NCBI GenBank assembly: GCA_017399105.1
Contig: JAFQEJ010000033.1
Location: 2,770-66,769 of the forward strand
DNA from: Clostridia bacterium
GTDB taxonomy: Bacteria; Bacillota; Clostridia; Oscillospirales; CAG-272
Reading direction: 5' to 3'
Length of the DNA stretch: 64,000 nucleotides
Shown here: one piece after another, positions 36,766-44,815 of the stretch
Position numbering within the stretch: the first letter of the stretch is position 1
Layout of the letters: every line of letters starts with the position of its first letter
Made by a program: the position numbers and the translations under genes
The notes under the pieces: model-generated
Seen by the model: the letters and a program-made list of their open reading frames with translations, nothing else
Database searches by the model: none
What the model was told of the DNA's origin: nothing

Positions 36766-38973
36766 ATGAAAAAACAGATAAAATCCCGCATTATCGCCTC
36801 GCTCACCGATCCTTCCCTGCCACCCATGACCTCCCATGATCTCTTCGCGCTGCTTGCCGAGGAGGGAGAGCTTGAAGCCGAATTTTCGGCTGTCATTGAG
36901 GAGATGATCGACGGCGGCGAGGTTGTACTCACCAAAAAGCAAAAGCTCATTACCCCTGAGGAAGCCGGCTACATCCGCGGCATCTTCCGCTCCACCAGCC
37001 GCGGCTACGGCTTTGTGACTCCCGATGGCTATGAGGAGCGGGAGCATGACTTCTTCATTCCCGAGCGCGAGGTCAACTTCGCCATGGACGGAGATGAAGT
37101 GCTCATGGCGCCCACCTCAGAGCCGCCCAAAAAGAAGGACAGACGCCACGGAAAAAGGGATCGCCGTCCCATTTCCCAGCCCTCTCACCGCGACGAGGGC
37201 AGAATTCTGCTCATCACAAAGCATGCAGTGGAGGAATTCATCGGCACCATGGAGCAGGTAAATCCTTCGCCCAACGCACGGGGCAAAAAGAGCCGCCCCG
37301 TCTGGTTTGCCATCCCCGACGATACCAGACTCGCCGATGTGGCGGTACAGATTCCAAACAGCAAGCGCGGCGGCGCCGGCGAAGGGGACAAAGTGCTGGT
37401 CAGGATCCTGCGCTATGAGGACGAGCATGAGATGGCATCGGGTAAGGTGCTCCGCTTCTTCGGAAAGAGCGAATCGCGCGAGGCAAACTACGCCGCTATT
37501 CTCCATGAAAACGGCATTTTCGAGCGCTTCCCCGACGAGGTCATCGAGGAGGCTGACAGAGTATCTGAGGAACCTCTCTCCCCCGAGGGCAGATTCGACC
37601 TGCGGGACCGTCTGATCTTCACCGCAGACTCCGCCGACGCGAAGGATCTGGATGACGCCATCTCGCTGGAGCGGCAGGAGGGCGGCTGGCTGCTGGGCGT
37701 GCACATCGCAGATGTAAGCCACTATGTCACCGCAGGCTCTCACACCGACAGCGAAGCGATGAAGCGCGGCACCTCGGTCTACTTCACCGATAAGGTGGTG
37801 CCCATGCTGCCAAGATCACTCTCCAACGGCGCCTGCTCGCTGAACGGAGGGGTTGACCGTTATGCTCTCTCGGCTTTGATTTCACTGGACGAAAAGGGCG
37901 AGATTATCGGCTGCAGCCTGCACAACAGCATCATCCACTCGAAAATCCGCGGTGTCTATGCCGAGCTGAACGACATCATCGAGAATCGCAATGCCTCCCC
38001 CTTTGCCGACAAATATGCACCGCTGATGGACGGAGTGCTCGATGACATCCTGCGCCTCTTCGCTATCCTCGAGGAAAAGGGGCGAAGCCGCGGCGTGCTG
38101 GAGCTTGAATCGGATGAAGCGAAGATCATCCTCGACGAGAAGGGCGAGCCTGTGGACATTCAGAAGCGTGAGCGCGGCATCTTCGAGCGCGTGATCGAGC
38201 AGTTTATGCTCTGCGCCAACGAAGCGGTTGCCCTCTGGCTCCGTGATCGGGCAATGCCCTGCATCTACCGCATCCATGAAACGCCCGTTGAGGAAAAGGT
38301 GCAGACCTTCGCTTCCTTTGCCGCCAACATGGGACTGGATATCCGCCCGCTGAAGGCAAAAAAACTCACCCCCGTCTGCTTTGCTTCTGTCATGGATCAG
38401 GCAAGAGAGCGAGGAATTGAGGGAGTGGTGTCCGGCATGATGCTCCGCTCGCTGATGAAGGCACGCTACAGCGAGATTCACGCCCCCCACTTCGGACTTG
38501 GCATCGAATATTATGCCCACTTCACCTCCCCCATCCGCCGCTATCCCGATCTGTCTGTGCACCGCATCGTCAAGGAGGTGCTGGCAGGCAGAACAGGCGC
38601 AAGAAATGTGAAAAAGCTTGCCTCCTTCGCGCAGAAATCTGCCAAGCTCTCCAGCGAAAACGAGCTTCGGACGCTGACCGCAGAGCGCGCCATCGACGAT
38701 CTCTACAAGGCAATCTATATGAGCCGCTTCATCGGTGAGGAATTCGAGGGAGTCATCGACTCGGTGACAGGCTTCGGCTTTTTCGTAACCCTCCCCAACA
38801 CCTGCGAGGGTTTGGTTCGCATCACCTCGCTGGACGGCTATTTTGAATATGACGAGCGTCACATGTCACTTACCTGCGGCAGAATGCGCTATACCCTCGG
38901 ACAGCGGGTCAGGGTGAGAATCGTCGCCGCAGATGCTGTCACCCGCAAGGTGGAAATGGAGCTGGCAAGATGA
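36766..38973 (+). CDS. rnr: Ribonuclease R
   Basis: RNB-domain motifs (DDAISL, VYFTDKVVPMLP, HFGLG..YAHFTSPIRRYPD), cold-shock-like N-terminus (GYGFV) and C-terminal S1 domain. Confidence 0.95.
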   Translation: MKKQIKSRIIASLTDPSLPPMTSHDLFALLAEEGELEAEFSAVIEEMIDGGEVVLTKKQKLITPEEAGYIRGIFRSTSRGYGFVTPDGYEEREHDFFIPEREVNFAMDGDEVLMAPTSEPPKKKDRRHGKRDRRPISQPSHRDEGRILLITKHAVEEFIGTMEQVNPSPNARGKKSRPVWFAIPDDTRLADVAVQIPNSKRGGAGEGDKVLVRILRYEDEHEMASGKVLRFFGKSESREANYAAILHENGIFERFPDEVIEEADRVSEEPLSPEGRFDLRDRLIFTADSADAKDLDDAISLERQEGGWLLGVHIADVSHYVTAGSHTDSEAMKRGTSVYFTDKVVPMLPRSLSNGACSLNGGVDRYALSALISLDEKGEIIGCSLHNSIIHSKIRGVYAELNDIIENRNASPFADKYAPLMDGVLDDILRLFAILEEKGRSRGVLELESDEAKIILDEKGEPVDIQKRERGIFERVIEQFMLCANEAVALWLRDRAMPCIYRIHETPVEEKVQTFASFAANMGLDIRPLKAKKLTPVCFASVMDQARERGIEGVVSGMMLRSLMKARYSEIHAPHFGLGIEYYAHFTSPIRRYPDLSVHRIVKEVLAGRTGARNVKKLASFAQKSAKLSSENELRTLTAERAIDDLYKAIYMSRFIGEEFEGVIDSVTGFGFFVTLPNTCEGLVRITSLDGYFEYDERHMSLTCGRMRYTLGQRVRVRIVAADAVTRKVEMELAR

Positions 38974-39728
38974 TCGGAAATATCTATACGGCAAATCTCA
39001 ACCGCATTGAGTTTGTCATCACCAACACCTGCACAGGGCGCTGCAAGCACTGCTCGGAGGGCGATCATGCAGGCTCGGGACCTCACATCGATCCCGAAAT
39101 CGCCGCAGGCGTGGTGCGCGAGGTGTCAGGCAGCTGCAGAATCGAATCAGTCATGACCTTCGGCGGTGAGCCTATGCTCTATCCCGAGGCGGTATATGCC
39201 ATCCATGCCGCGGCAGCCGAGCTGGGCATTCCCAAACGGCAGCTGATCACAAACGGCTATTTCACAAAGGATGCCGCAAGGATCAAGGCGGCAGCCGAAC
39301 AGCTTTTGCGCTGCAGAGTGAATGATATTCTTCTCTCTGCCGATGCTTTTCATCAGGAAACCATTCCTCTTGAGCCTGTAAAGCGCTTCGCCGCCGAGCT
39401 GCTTGCACTTGGTCTGCCGCTGCGCATGAATCCCGCCTGGCTTGTTTCAAAGACACATGACAATCTCTGCAATAATCGCACCCGTGAGATTCTCGCCGAA
39501 TTTGAAGCGATGGGCATTGCAGCAAACGGAGGCAATGTTATCTTCCCCGAAGGCAACGCGCTTAAATATTTCGGAGACTATTTTGAATCGGGTGCAGTGT
39601 ACATTAACCCCTACGAGGAGGATCCCGCCGATCTGCGTACGCTCAGCATCGATCCCGACGGCAGTGCACTCGGCGGCAATGTGTACAAGACAAATGTGCT
39701 TATGCTGTTAAATCAATATCATCCTTAA
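38970..39728 (+). CDS. Small radical SAM protein of unknown function
   Basis: CTGRCKHC (CxxxCxxC) near the N-terminus, and GGEPML. The ATG overlaps the rnr TGA (ATGA). Confidence 0.75.
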   Translation: MIGNIYTANLNRIEFVITNTCTGRCKHCSEGDHAGSGPHIDPEIAAGVVREVSGSCRIESVMTFGGEPMLYPEAVYAIHAAAAELGIPKRQLITNGYFTKDAARIKAAAEQLLRCRVNDILLSADAFHQETIPLEPVKRFAAELLALGLPLRMNPAWLVSKTHDNLCNNRTREILAEFEAMGIAANGGNVIFPEGNALKYFGDYFESGAVYINPYEEDPADLRTLSIDPDGSALGGNVYKTNVLMLLNQYHP

Positions 39729-39743
39729 AAAATTGAGATTAAA

Positions 39744-39788
39744 AATAACCTGAGAAGCGATCCAAAACGCATCTCAGGTTATTTTTTC
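39744..39788. terminator. Bidirectional terminator between the radical SAM gene and spoVT
   Basis: AATAACCTGAGA...TCTCAGGTTATT, flanked by A-runs and T-runs. Confidence 0.65.
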
Positions 39789-39790
39789 TG

Positions 39791-40345
39791 TCAGCTCTCT
39801 AACTGTCTGCCCAGGAAGGCGGCGGCAGTTGCCACCAGCTTCGCCTCGGTGGACTCGCGGGAGAGATCGACCGAGGCTTCTGCCGCGGGACGCAGGGTTG
39901 CCACACAGCCTGCAATATCACCCTCGGTGATAATCGGCATCATATAGGCAACGGCGAATGCCTCCTCCCCCTCTGCGGTGACCTTCGCAGCCTTCTCACC
40001 TGCCGCCACATAGAGCGACCGTGCTGAGATCAGTTCCTCAAGCTCGGGGGAGAGCGGCTTGTCGGTGAAGTCGCGCTTGGGCAGTCCCGCACAGGCGATC
40101 ACCGCGTCACGGTCGCAGATCACCACCGCCAGGTCGCAGGTTTTATGCAGCGTTTCAGCATACTGCGCGGCAAAGGCGGTTAGCTCTCCGATGGGAGAAT
40201 ATTTCTTGAAAATGACCTCACCCTCGCGGTCGGTGTAAATCTCCAGCGGGTCGCCCTCGCGGATGCGCATGGTGCGGCGAATCTCCTTGGGAATAACGAT
40301 GCGTCCGAGGTCGTCAATACGGCGTACAATACCGGTTGCTTTCAT
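39791..40345 (-). CDS. spoVT: Stage V sporulation protein T
   Basis: MKATGIVRRIDDLGRIVIPKEIRRTMRIREGDPLEIY AbrB-type N-terminus plus a GAF-like C-terminus. AAAGGAG RBS. Confidence 0.9.
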   Translation of the reverse strand: MKATGIVRRIDDLGRIVIPKEIRRTMRIREGDPLEIYTDREGEVIFKKYSPIGELTAFAAQYAETLHKTCDLAVVICDRDAVIACAGLPKRDFTDKPLSPELEELISARSLYVAAGEKAAKVTAEGEEAFAVAYMMPIITEGDIAGCVATLRPAAEASVDLSRESTEAKLVATAAAFLGRQLES

Positions 40346-40427
40346 ATATAAATCTCCTTTGATTTACAGATTTGCTATGTTAGTATCTGCAAATGGAGGG
40401 GAGTTATACTTATAAAAACAGCATGTA

Positions 40428-41122
40428 TTATTTTATGTCAGCACATCCGAAACAGCCACTGTGAGCCAAACTCATTCGTGATATATTTTTGACACATATA
40501 TGATTATCGCTTCCGTATATCTCACAGCCAATCGGCTGCATCCACTCGGCAGCCATGACAACAGCGTCATTTTCTTTATAGGATGTCACACCGAAATTTC
40601 CAAGCCTTGCGCTCTTTTCACCGACGACAATAAATTCACTTTCACAAACGAGCTTCATGCTTTCAACCCTTGCCGCAAACAACGGTGCTCTGTGACGGAA
40701 TATGTGGTCATTATCGGCGCCGCGTCTTGTGTAAACAAGATACAGCTCATCTCCAAGCTGCATCCAATGCTGTTGGGTATTGTAATTTTAAAGAATGCTG
40801 CCGCCTTCTATCTCCAGAGCTGCAAATCGCCGTAATTCAAGCCGTCATCGTAACTGACAGACATCAGAATCCCCGAAAATAAATCAACTCCCGCCACGTT
40901 CAGATACTGTGCCGTTGCCACCATGATATCAGATAAATAGCAGCACCTTGCATGAACCAAGCATTTCTTTTTGTCGTAGCCCTGTCTGATCGAATAAGTA
41001 TCACATTTCATGAAGCCTGATCCTATTAATCTAAAAATTTGCCTCTTTCTTCGGCTTTCATCATGGGATAATAAGCGCATTATACTATTGCGAAGTATTC
41101 CAGCCAAGTCATATGAAATCAA
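40428..41122 (-). pseudogene. Possible broken BNR/Asp-box (sialidase-like beta-propeller) gene: two adjacent ORFs in different frames
   Basis: ORFs 40808..41122 and 40428..40763 are contiguous, lie on the same strand in different frames and are AT-rich. The Asp-box-like segment SVSYDDGLNYG sits at the junction. Neither has a convincing RBS. Confidence 0.3.
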
Positions 41123-41195
41123 AATGGCAGCGATATGAATGCAATGTCATTTAGATAAGACAGTACAAGTTTAGATAAAGCGGTGGTACCTAGCA

Positions 41196-41280
41196 TTAAC
41201 AAATTGTAAACATTCGGTATAATAGCAACGAGAAAATCCAGAGATACAGCGAGGGTACCTCTGGATTTTCTTGTTCTGTT
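41196..41280 (+). ncRNA. Candidate tiny transcript: promoter hexamers followed directly by a hairpin terminator
   Basis: TTAACA (41196-41201), a 16-nt spacer, TATAAT (41218-41223). Then GAAAATCCAGAG-16 nt-CTCTGGATTTTC (41232-41271) plus TTGTTCTGTTT. It is antisense to the 3' end of ORF 41196..41426. Confidence 0.25.
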
Positions 41281-41535
41281 TGGCAGGATCTTTTCTCAAA
41301 ATTTGCCGCTTGAACATCCCAATTAAGAATTATCTTCTTGACATCAAGGTGAACTGAAACTTGTTCATACATGGAAACTGCCACCACACCAAGCCAGTAC
41401 ACCTCATGTAAAGCGCCGAGAGTCATATCACTGAAGTAATTGGTTCACCTATCCTATGCTGAGGTGATTTTTCTTAATAATGGGCGATTTTGGGGCTTGT
41501 GAAGTATAACCGGTGCTTATATCCGATATGTATTA

Positions 41536-41577
41536 TATAAATATAGAAATTATATACAAATAATTTCTATATTTATA
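41536..41577. terminator. Perfect 18-bp AT-rich inverted repeat downstream of the GNAT gene
   Basis: TATAAATATAGAAATTAT-atacaa-ATAATTTCTATATTTATA. Confidence 0.5.
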
Positions 41578-41589
41578 ATGCAAGTTTGC

Positions 41590-42507
41590 TTATTGCAAAA
41601 TTTTTCTGTATTTAATTCTATCATTCTGTTCAAAAATTTGGTATCCTAATTTCAAGTAGCAATTCTGTGCGGAAATGTTGTCTGATGTTGTTTGTATTGA
41701 TAACATTGAAAAGCCTTTTTCCAGTATATATTTTTCTGCATATTTCACGGCAAAGGAACCGATCCCTTGCCGTTGAAAGTTCTTTGCAACAAACAGCATA
41801 GACAGCCAAGCATTATATGTGCCGGTCAGTCCATTGATTTTCATGTAAGCAACAGGCATTGCTCCTTTACAAATAAGAAAATGTTTTTCATCAGCATCAT
41901 CTGAAGAAAGAAGCGATTTCCATTCACTCAAACTTATGTTTTCTGTATTTAATTCATTTTTATTTTGAGCAAATAAAATCCTGACAAAATATGCTTCGTC
42001 TATGGTAGCAGGTATGATTGTAAGACAATTCGGTATTTCTAATTCATACATGATTTCGCCATCATTCGTTAGGTTATTGAAAGATTCAAAAGGGCGGTCC
42101 AGAAAACCGACTGATATTTGAAGGCTTCGACTTTGCGTATTATTTGGTTCAACATAGCACCGAAGCGTAGTTGCACCTTTATCGGATAAGTGATTTATTG
42201 CTGCACGAATCATTTGGGTTGCGATTCCCAATCTTCTGTACTCTGGAATTACAAACAGATCTCCATAATACCAAAGATTTGGATTATCTTCGCTTTTGAT
42301 ACAGTGAAGCCTGCCCACCACATCATTATTGGAGGAAGTCGCAACAACGCCAAAACAATCGTTGTCGTTGATTAATTCATCGAAAATGTACTGTCTGGAA
42401 CGATTGATCCATGACGGTGCAGAAGATTTCCACTGCTTATGTGCGATTTTTTCCGCAAGATCATTGGTTAAAAATTTACTGATTTGAATCGAAATAATTT
42501 CTTTCAT
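41590..42507 (-). CDS. Tandem double-GNAT N-acetyltransferase
   Basis: Two acetyl-CoA motif-A regions: VIPEYRRLGIATQMI and VAKNFQRQGIGSFAV. AT-rich codon usage unlike the neighbouring genes. Confidence 0.8.
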   Translation of the reverse strand: MKEIISIQISKFLTNDLAEKIAHKQWKSSAPSWINRSRQYIFDELINDNDCFGVVATSSNNDVVGRLHCIKSEDNPNLWYYGDLFVIPEYRRLGIATQMIRAAINHLSDKGATTLRCYVEPNNTQSRSLQISVGFLDRPFESFNNLTNDGEIMYELEIPNCLTIIPATIDEAYFVRILFAQNKNELNTENISLSEWKSLLSSDDADEKHFLICKGAMPVAYMKINGLTGTYNAWLSMLFVAKNFQRQGIGSFAVKYAEKYILEKGFSMLSIQTTSDNISAQNCYLKLGYQIFEQNDRIKYRKILQ

Positions 42508-42541
42508 TTTGTTATCTCTTTCACGTATTATAAAATAAAAT

Positions 42542-42701
42542 GGGGCTGTCGCATTTGCATGCGTCAGCCCCTTGGATATTGATTTTGCCGGTCAATGACC
42601 GTCATTTTCGGGCATTTTATGCCCGAAAACCAATCAATATGCGCCCAAAATCAAAGATTTTATGGCTGGGCTGTTTCAAATGTTCCATTTGCAACAGCCC
42701 C
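42542..42701 (-). repeat. Hairpin-bounded repeat element, full-length copy C (family H, inverted)
   Basis: The reverse complement aligns end to end with 2152..2311, including both terminal hairpins, the linker AGCCATAAAATCTTTGATTTT, the ATATTGATT/AATCAATAT helix and the central hairpin TTTTCGGGCAT-aaa-ATGCCCGAAAA. Confidence 0.85.
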
Positions 42702-43298
42702 ATTCAAATCCAAGAAGCAACTATGTATTTTATACAGCGGACAAAATGGCTATTGATTTTATCAATATTAAGTTGGTCATTTTGTCCACCTCGCTTTCAT
42801 TTTTAGTTGAACATATTATAACATACATTTTTAACAAATACAACATAACAAATGATTATAACTATTTTTTCTTAAAACCATATAAATCCGCATATTCCAC
42901 ATTATTTATACTCATACCGTCTTATTTAAATAACATTGGATATGAATGGTGTAATTTTTCATCGCCGCTCTTTGCCCTCTCTTATGCGCACGGCAGGGAG
43001 ATTTTCCTTGTGAATAACGGTATGTCCGGGGGCGGCGATTCGGCGTATTCATATATAGAAACCTCTTTTTGATCAGCGTTGATTACACACAAAATATCTG
43101 TTAAGAAAGGAGTTTTATGCTTGACATTTGTTTTTGTATGGCAAATCGTTTATTAAACTAAATGGAGAAAAGCGGGCATCTGACAATTTTACGGTAAAAG
43201 GCTTGAAAATCGGCTTGTTTTACCTTCAATGCCGATCAGCAGTATATATATCCATTTCATGAATAATCTCCGACATGCTGTTAAATCTTCGTATGCTA

Positions 43299-43327
43299 TT
43301 GCAATTTTTTGTAATATGTTATACAAT
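43299..43327 (+). promoter_or_regulatory. Sigma-70-type promoter upstream of the acyltransferase gene
   Basis: TTGCAA (43299-43304), a 17-nt spacer, then TACAAT (43322-43327). Confidence 0.4.
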
Positions 43328-43359
43328 ATAATGGACAACATTAACGAAGGGACATGCTC

Positions 43360-44646
43360 ATGAAAATCAAAACCATCCGTCGCGGCTATCACGAGGTGAT
43401 GGCACTGCCCCGTCCGATACATAAAAATCCCATGAAGCCCAGCCTGCTGCTGAGTACGCTGGTCAACATTCTTTCACTGCCTCAGCTGACGGCGACAAAA
43501 TTTAGCTATACCGTCGAAGGCATGGAGCGAGTGAAGGGAGAGCCCTGCCTGATTCTGATGAATCACTCCAGCTTTATCGATCTGAAGATTGCCTTCCGCA
43601 TGCTCTATCCCAGACGCTTTGCGGTGGTGGCGACAACAGACAGCTTTGTGGGCAAGGCATGGGTAATGCGCTGGCTGGGCTGTATTCCGACGCTGAAGTT
43701 TGTTTCGGATATGAATCTGATCACCGATATGAAGCACACCCTCACCGAAAAGAATTCAAGCGTGCTCATGTTCCCCGAAGCCGGCTATTCGCTGGACGGC
43801 AGAGCGACTCTGCTGCCCGGAAAGATGGGTGTTCTGCTCAAGCATCTGAAGGTGCCGGTGGTGAGCATCACAACCGAGGGTGCTTTTTCTCACGATCCGC
43901 TCTACAATGAGCTGCAGCAGCGCCGCGTGAAGGTAAGTGCTCACATGAAATGCCTGCTCACCCCCGAGGAGATTGCCGAAAAATCGGTGACAGAGCTTGA
44001 TGCGATTCTTGAGGATGTCTTTTCCTTTGACAGCTTTGCATGGCAGAGGGAGCAGGGCATTGAAATCACCGAAGACTTTCGTGCTGACGGTCTGCAGCGC
44101 ATCCTCTATAAGTGTGCAGACTGCGGTCATGAGGGGAGCATGCTGGGAAAGGGAACAAGCCTGACCTGTGCTCACTGCGGTGCCTCCTATGAAATGGACA
44201 CATTGGGGCAGCTTCATCCCGCAAACGAGGCGGCAGGAGGAAGATTCAGCCACATTCCCGATTGGTTTGACTGGGAGCGTGACTGCGTGCGCCAGGAGCT
44301 TGCCGAAGGAAGCTACTCTTTCGATGTCCCGGTGAAAATCGGCATGATGGTCGACTACAAGGCACTCTATATGGTGGGAGAGGGAAGACTGAGCCATTCA
44401 GGGGACGGTTTCCGTCTGACCGGATGTGACGGAGCTCTTGATTATTGCTACTCTCCGCTTGCTTCCCACAGTCTGAACGCCGATTTCTTCTGGTATGAAA
44501 TCGGTGATGTGATCAGCTTCGGCGATGCTGACAAGCTCTTCTACTGCTTCCCCGAAGGAGTCGATGTGGCAAAAGCACGGCTGGCGGCTGAAGAGATCTA
44601 TAAAATGCGCCGCAGCCGCAGATCGGCGGGAGCGATAACCGGATAA
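43360..44646 (+). CDS. Lysophospholipid (PlsC-type) acyltransferase-family protein with a C-terminal zinc-ribbon-containing domain
   Basis: NHSSFID (HxxxxD) and FPEAGYS motifs. CADCGH...CAHCG. Start at 43360 sits 8 nt after GAAGGG; 43354 is the alternative. Confidence 0.8.
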   Translation: MKIKTIRRGYHEVMALPRPIHKNPMKPSLLLSTLVNILSLPQLTATKFSYTVEGMERVKGEPCLILMNHSSFIDLKIAFRMLYPRRFAVVATTDSFVGKAWVMRWLGCIPTLKFVSDMNLITDMKHTLTEKNSSVLMFPEAGYSLDGRATLLPGKMGVLLKHLKVPVVSITTEGAFSHDPLYNELQQRRVKVSAHMKCLLTPEEIAEKSVTELDAILEDVFSFDSFAWQREQGIEITEDFRADGLQRILYKCADCGHEGSMLGKGTSLTCAHCGASYEMDTLGQLHPANEAAGGRFSHIPDWFDWERDCVRQELAEGSYSFDVPVKIGMMVDYKALYMVGEGRLSHSGDGFRLTGCDGALDYCYSPLASHSLNADFFWYEIGDVISFGDADKLFYCFPEGVDVAKARLAAEEIYKMRRSRRSAGAITG

Positions 44647-44815
44647 AATCCATAAACTCCAATGCGGATTACCGCGGCGGAGTTTTTCTTATGGGCATAT
44701 TGTTAAGTAATGAAACCCCGTGCGAAATCTAAATACTAATCTTGATTTTTACGGCTGTTTATGTTATCATTATAATAATCGTATTAATTTTGCGATGAAA
44801 TTTACCGAGAAAGGT

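Noticed and set aside
41590-42507. GNAT gene as the toxin of a GNAT/RHH toxin-antitoxin pair
   Set aside because: The protein is a 305-aa tandem double GNAT, whereas TacT/AtaT-type toxins are ~170-aa single-domain proteins. No adjacent small RHH gene is present.
43106-43150. 14-codon mini-ORF (MLDICFCMANRLLN) with an AAAGGAG RBS in the AT-rich island, considered as a leader peptide
   Set aside because: It is too short and isolated, and no attenuator structure or downstream gene is coupled to it. It was noted only as a possibility.
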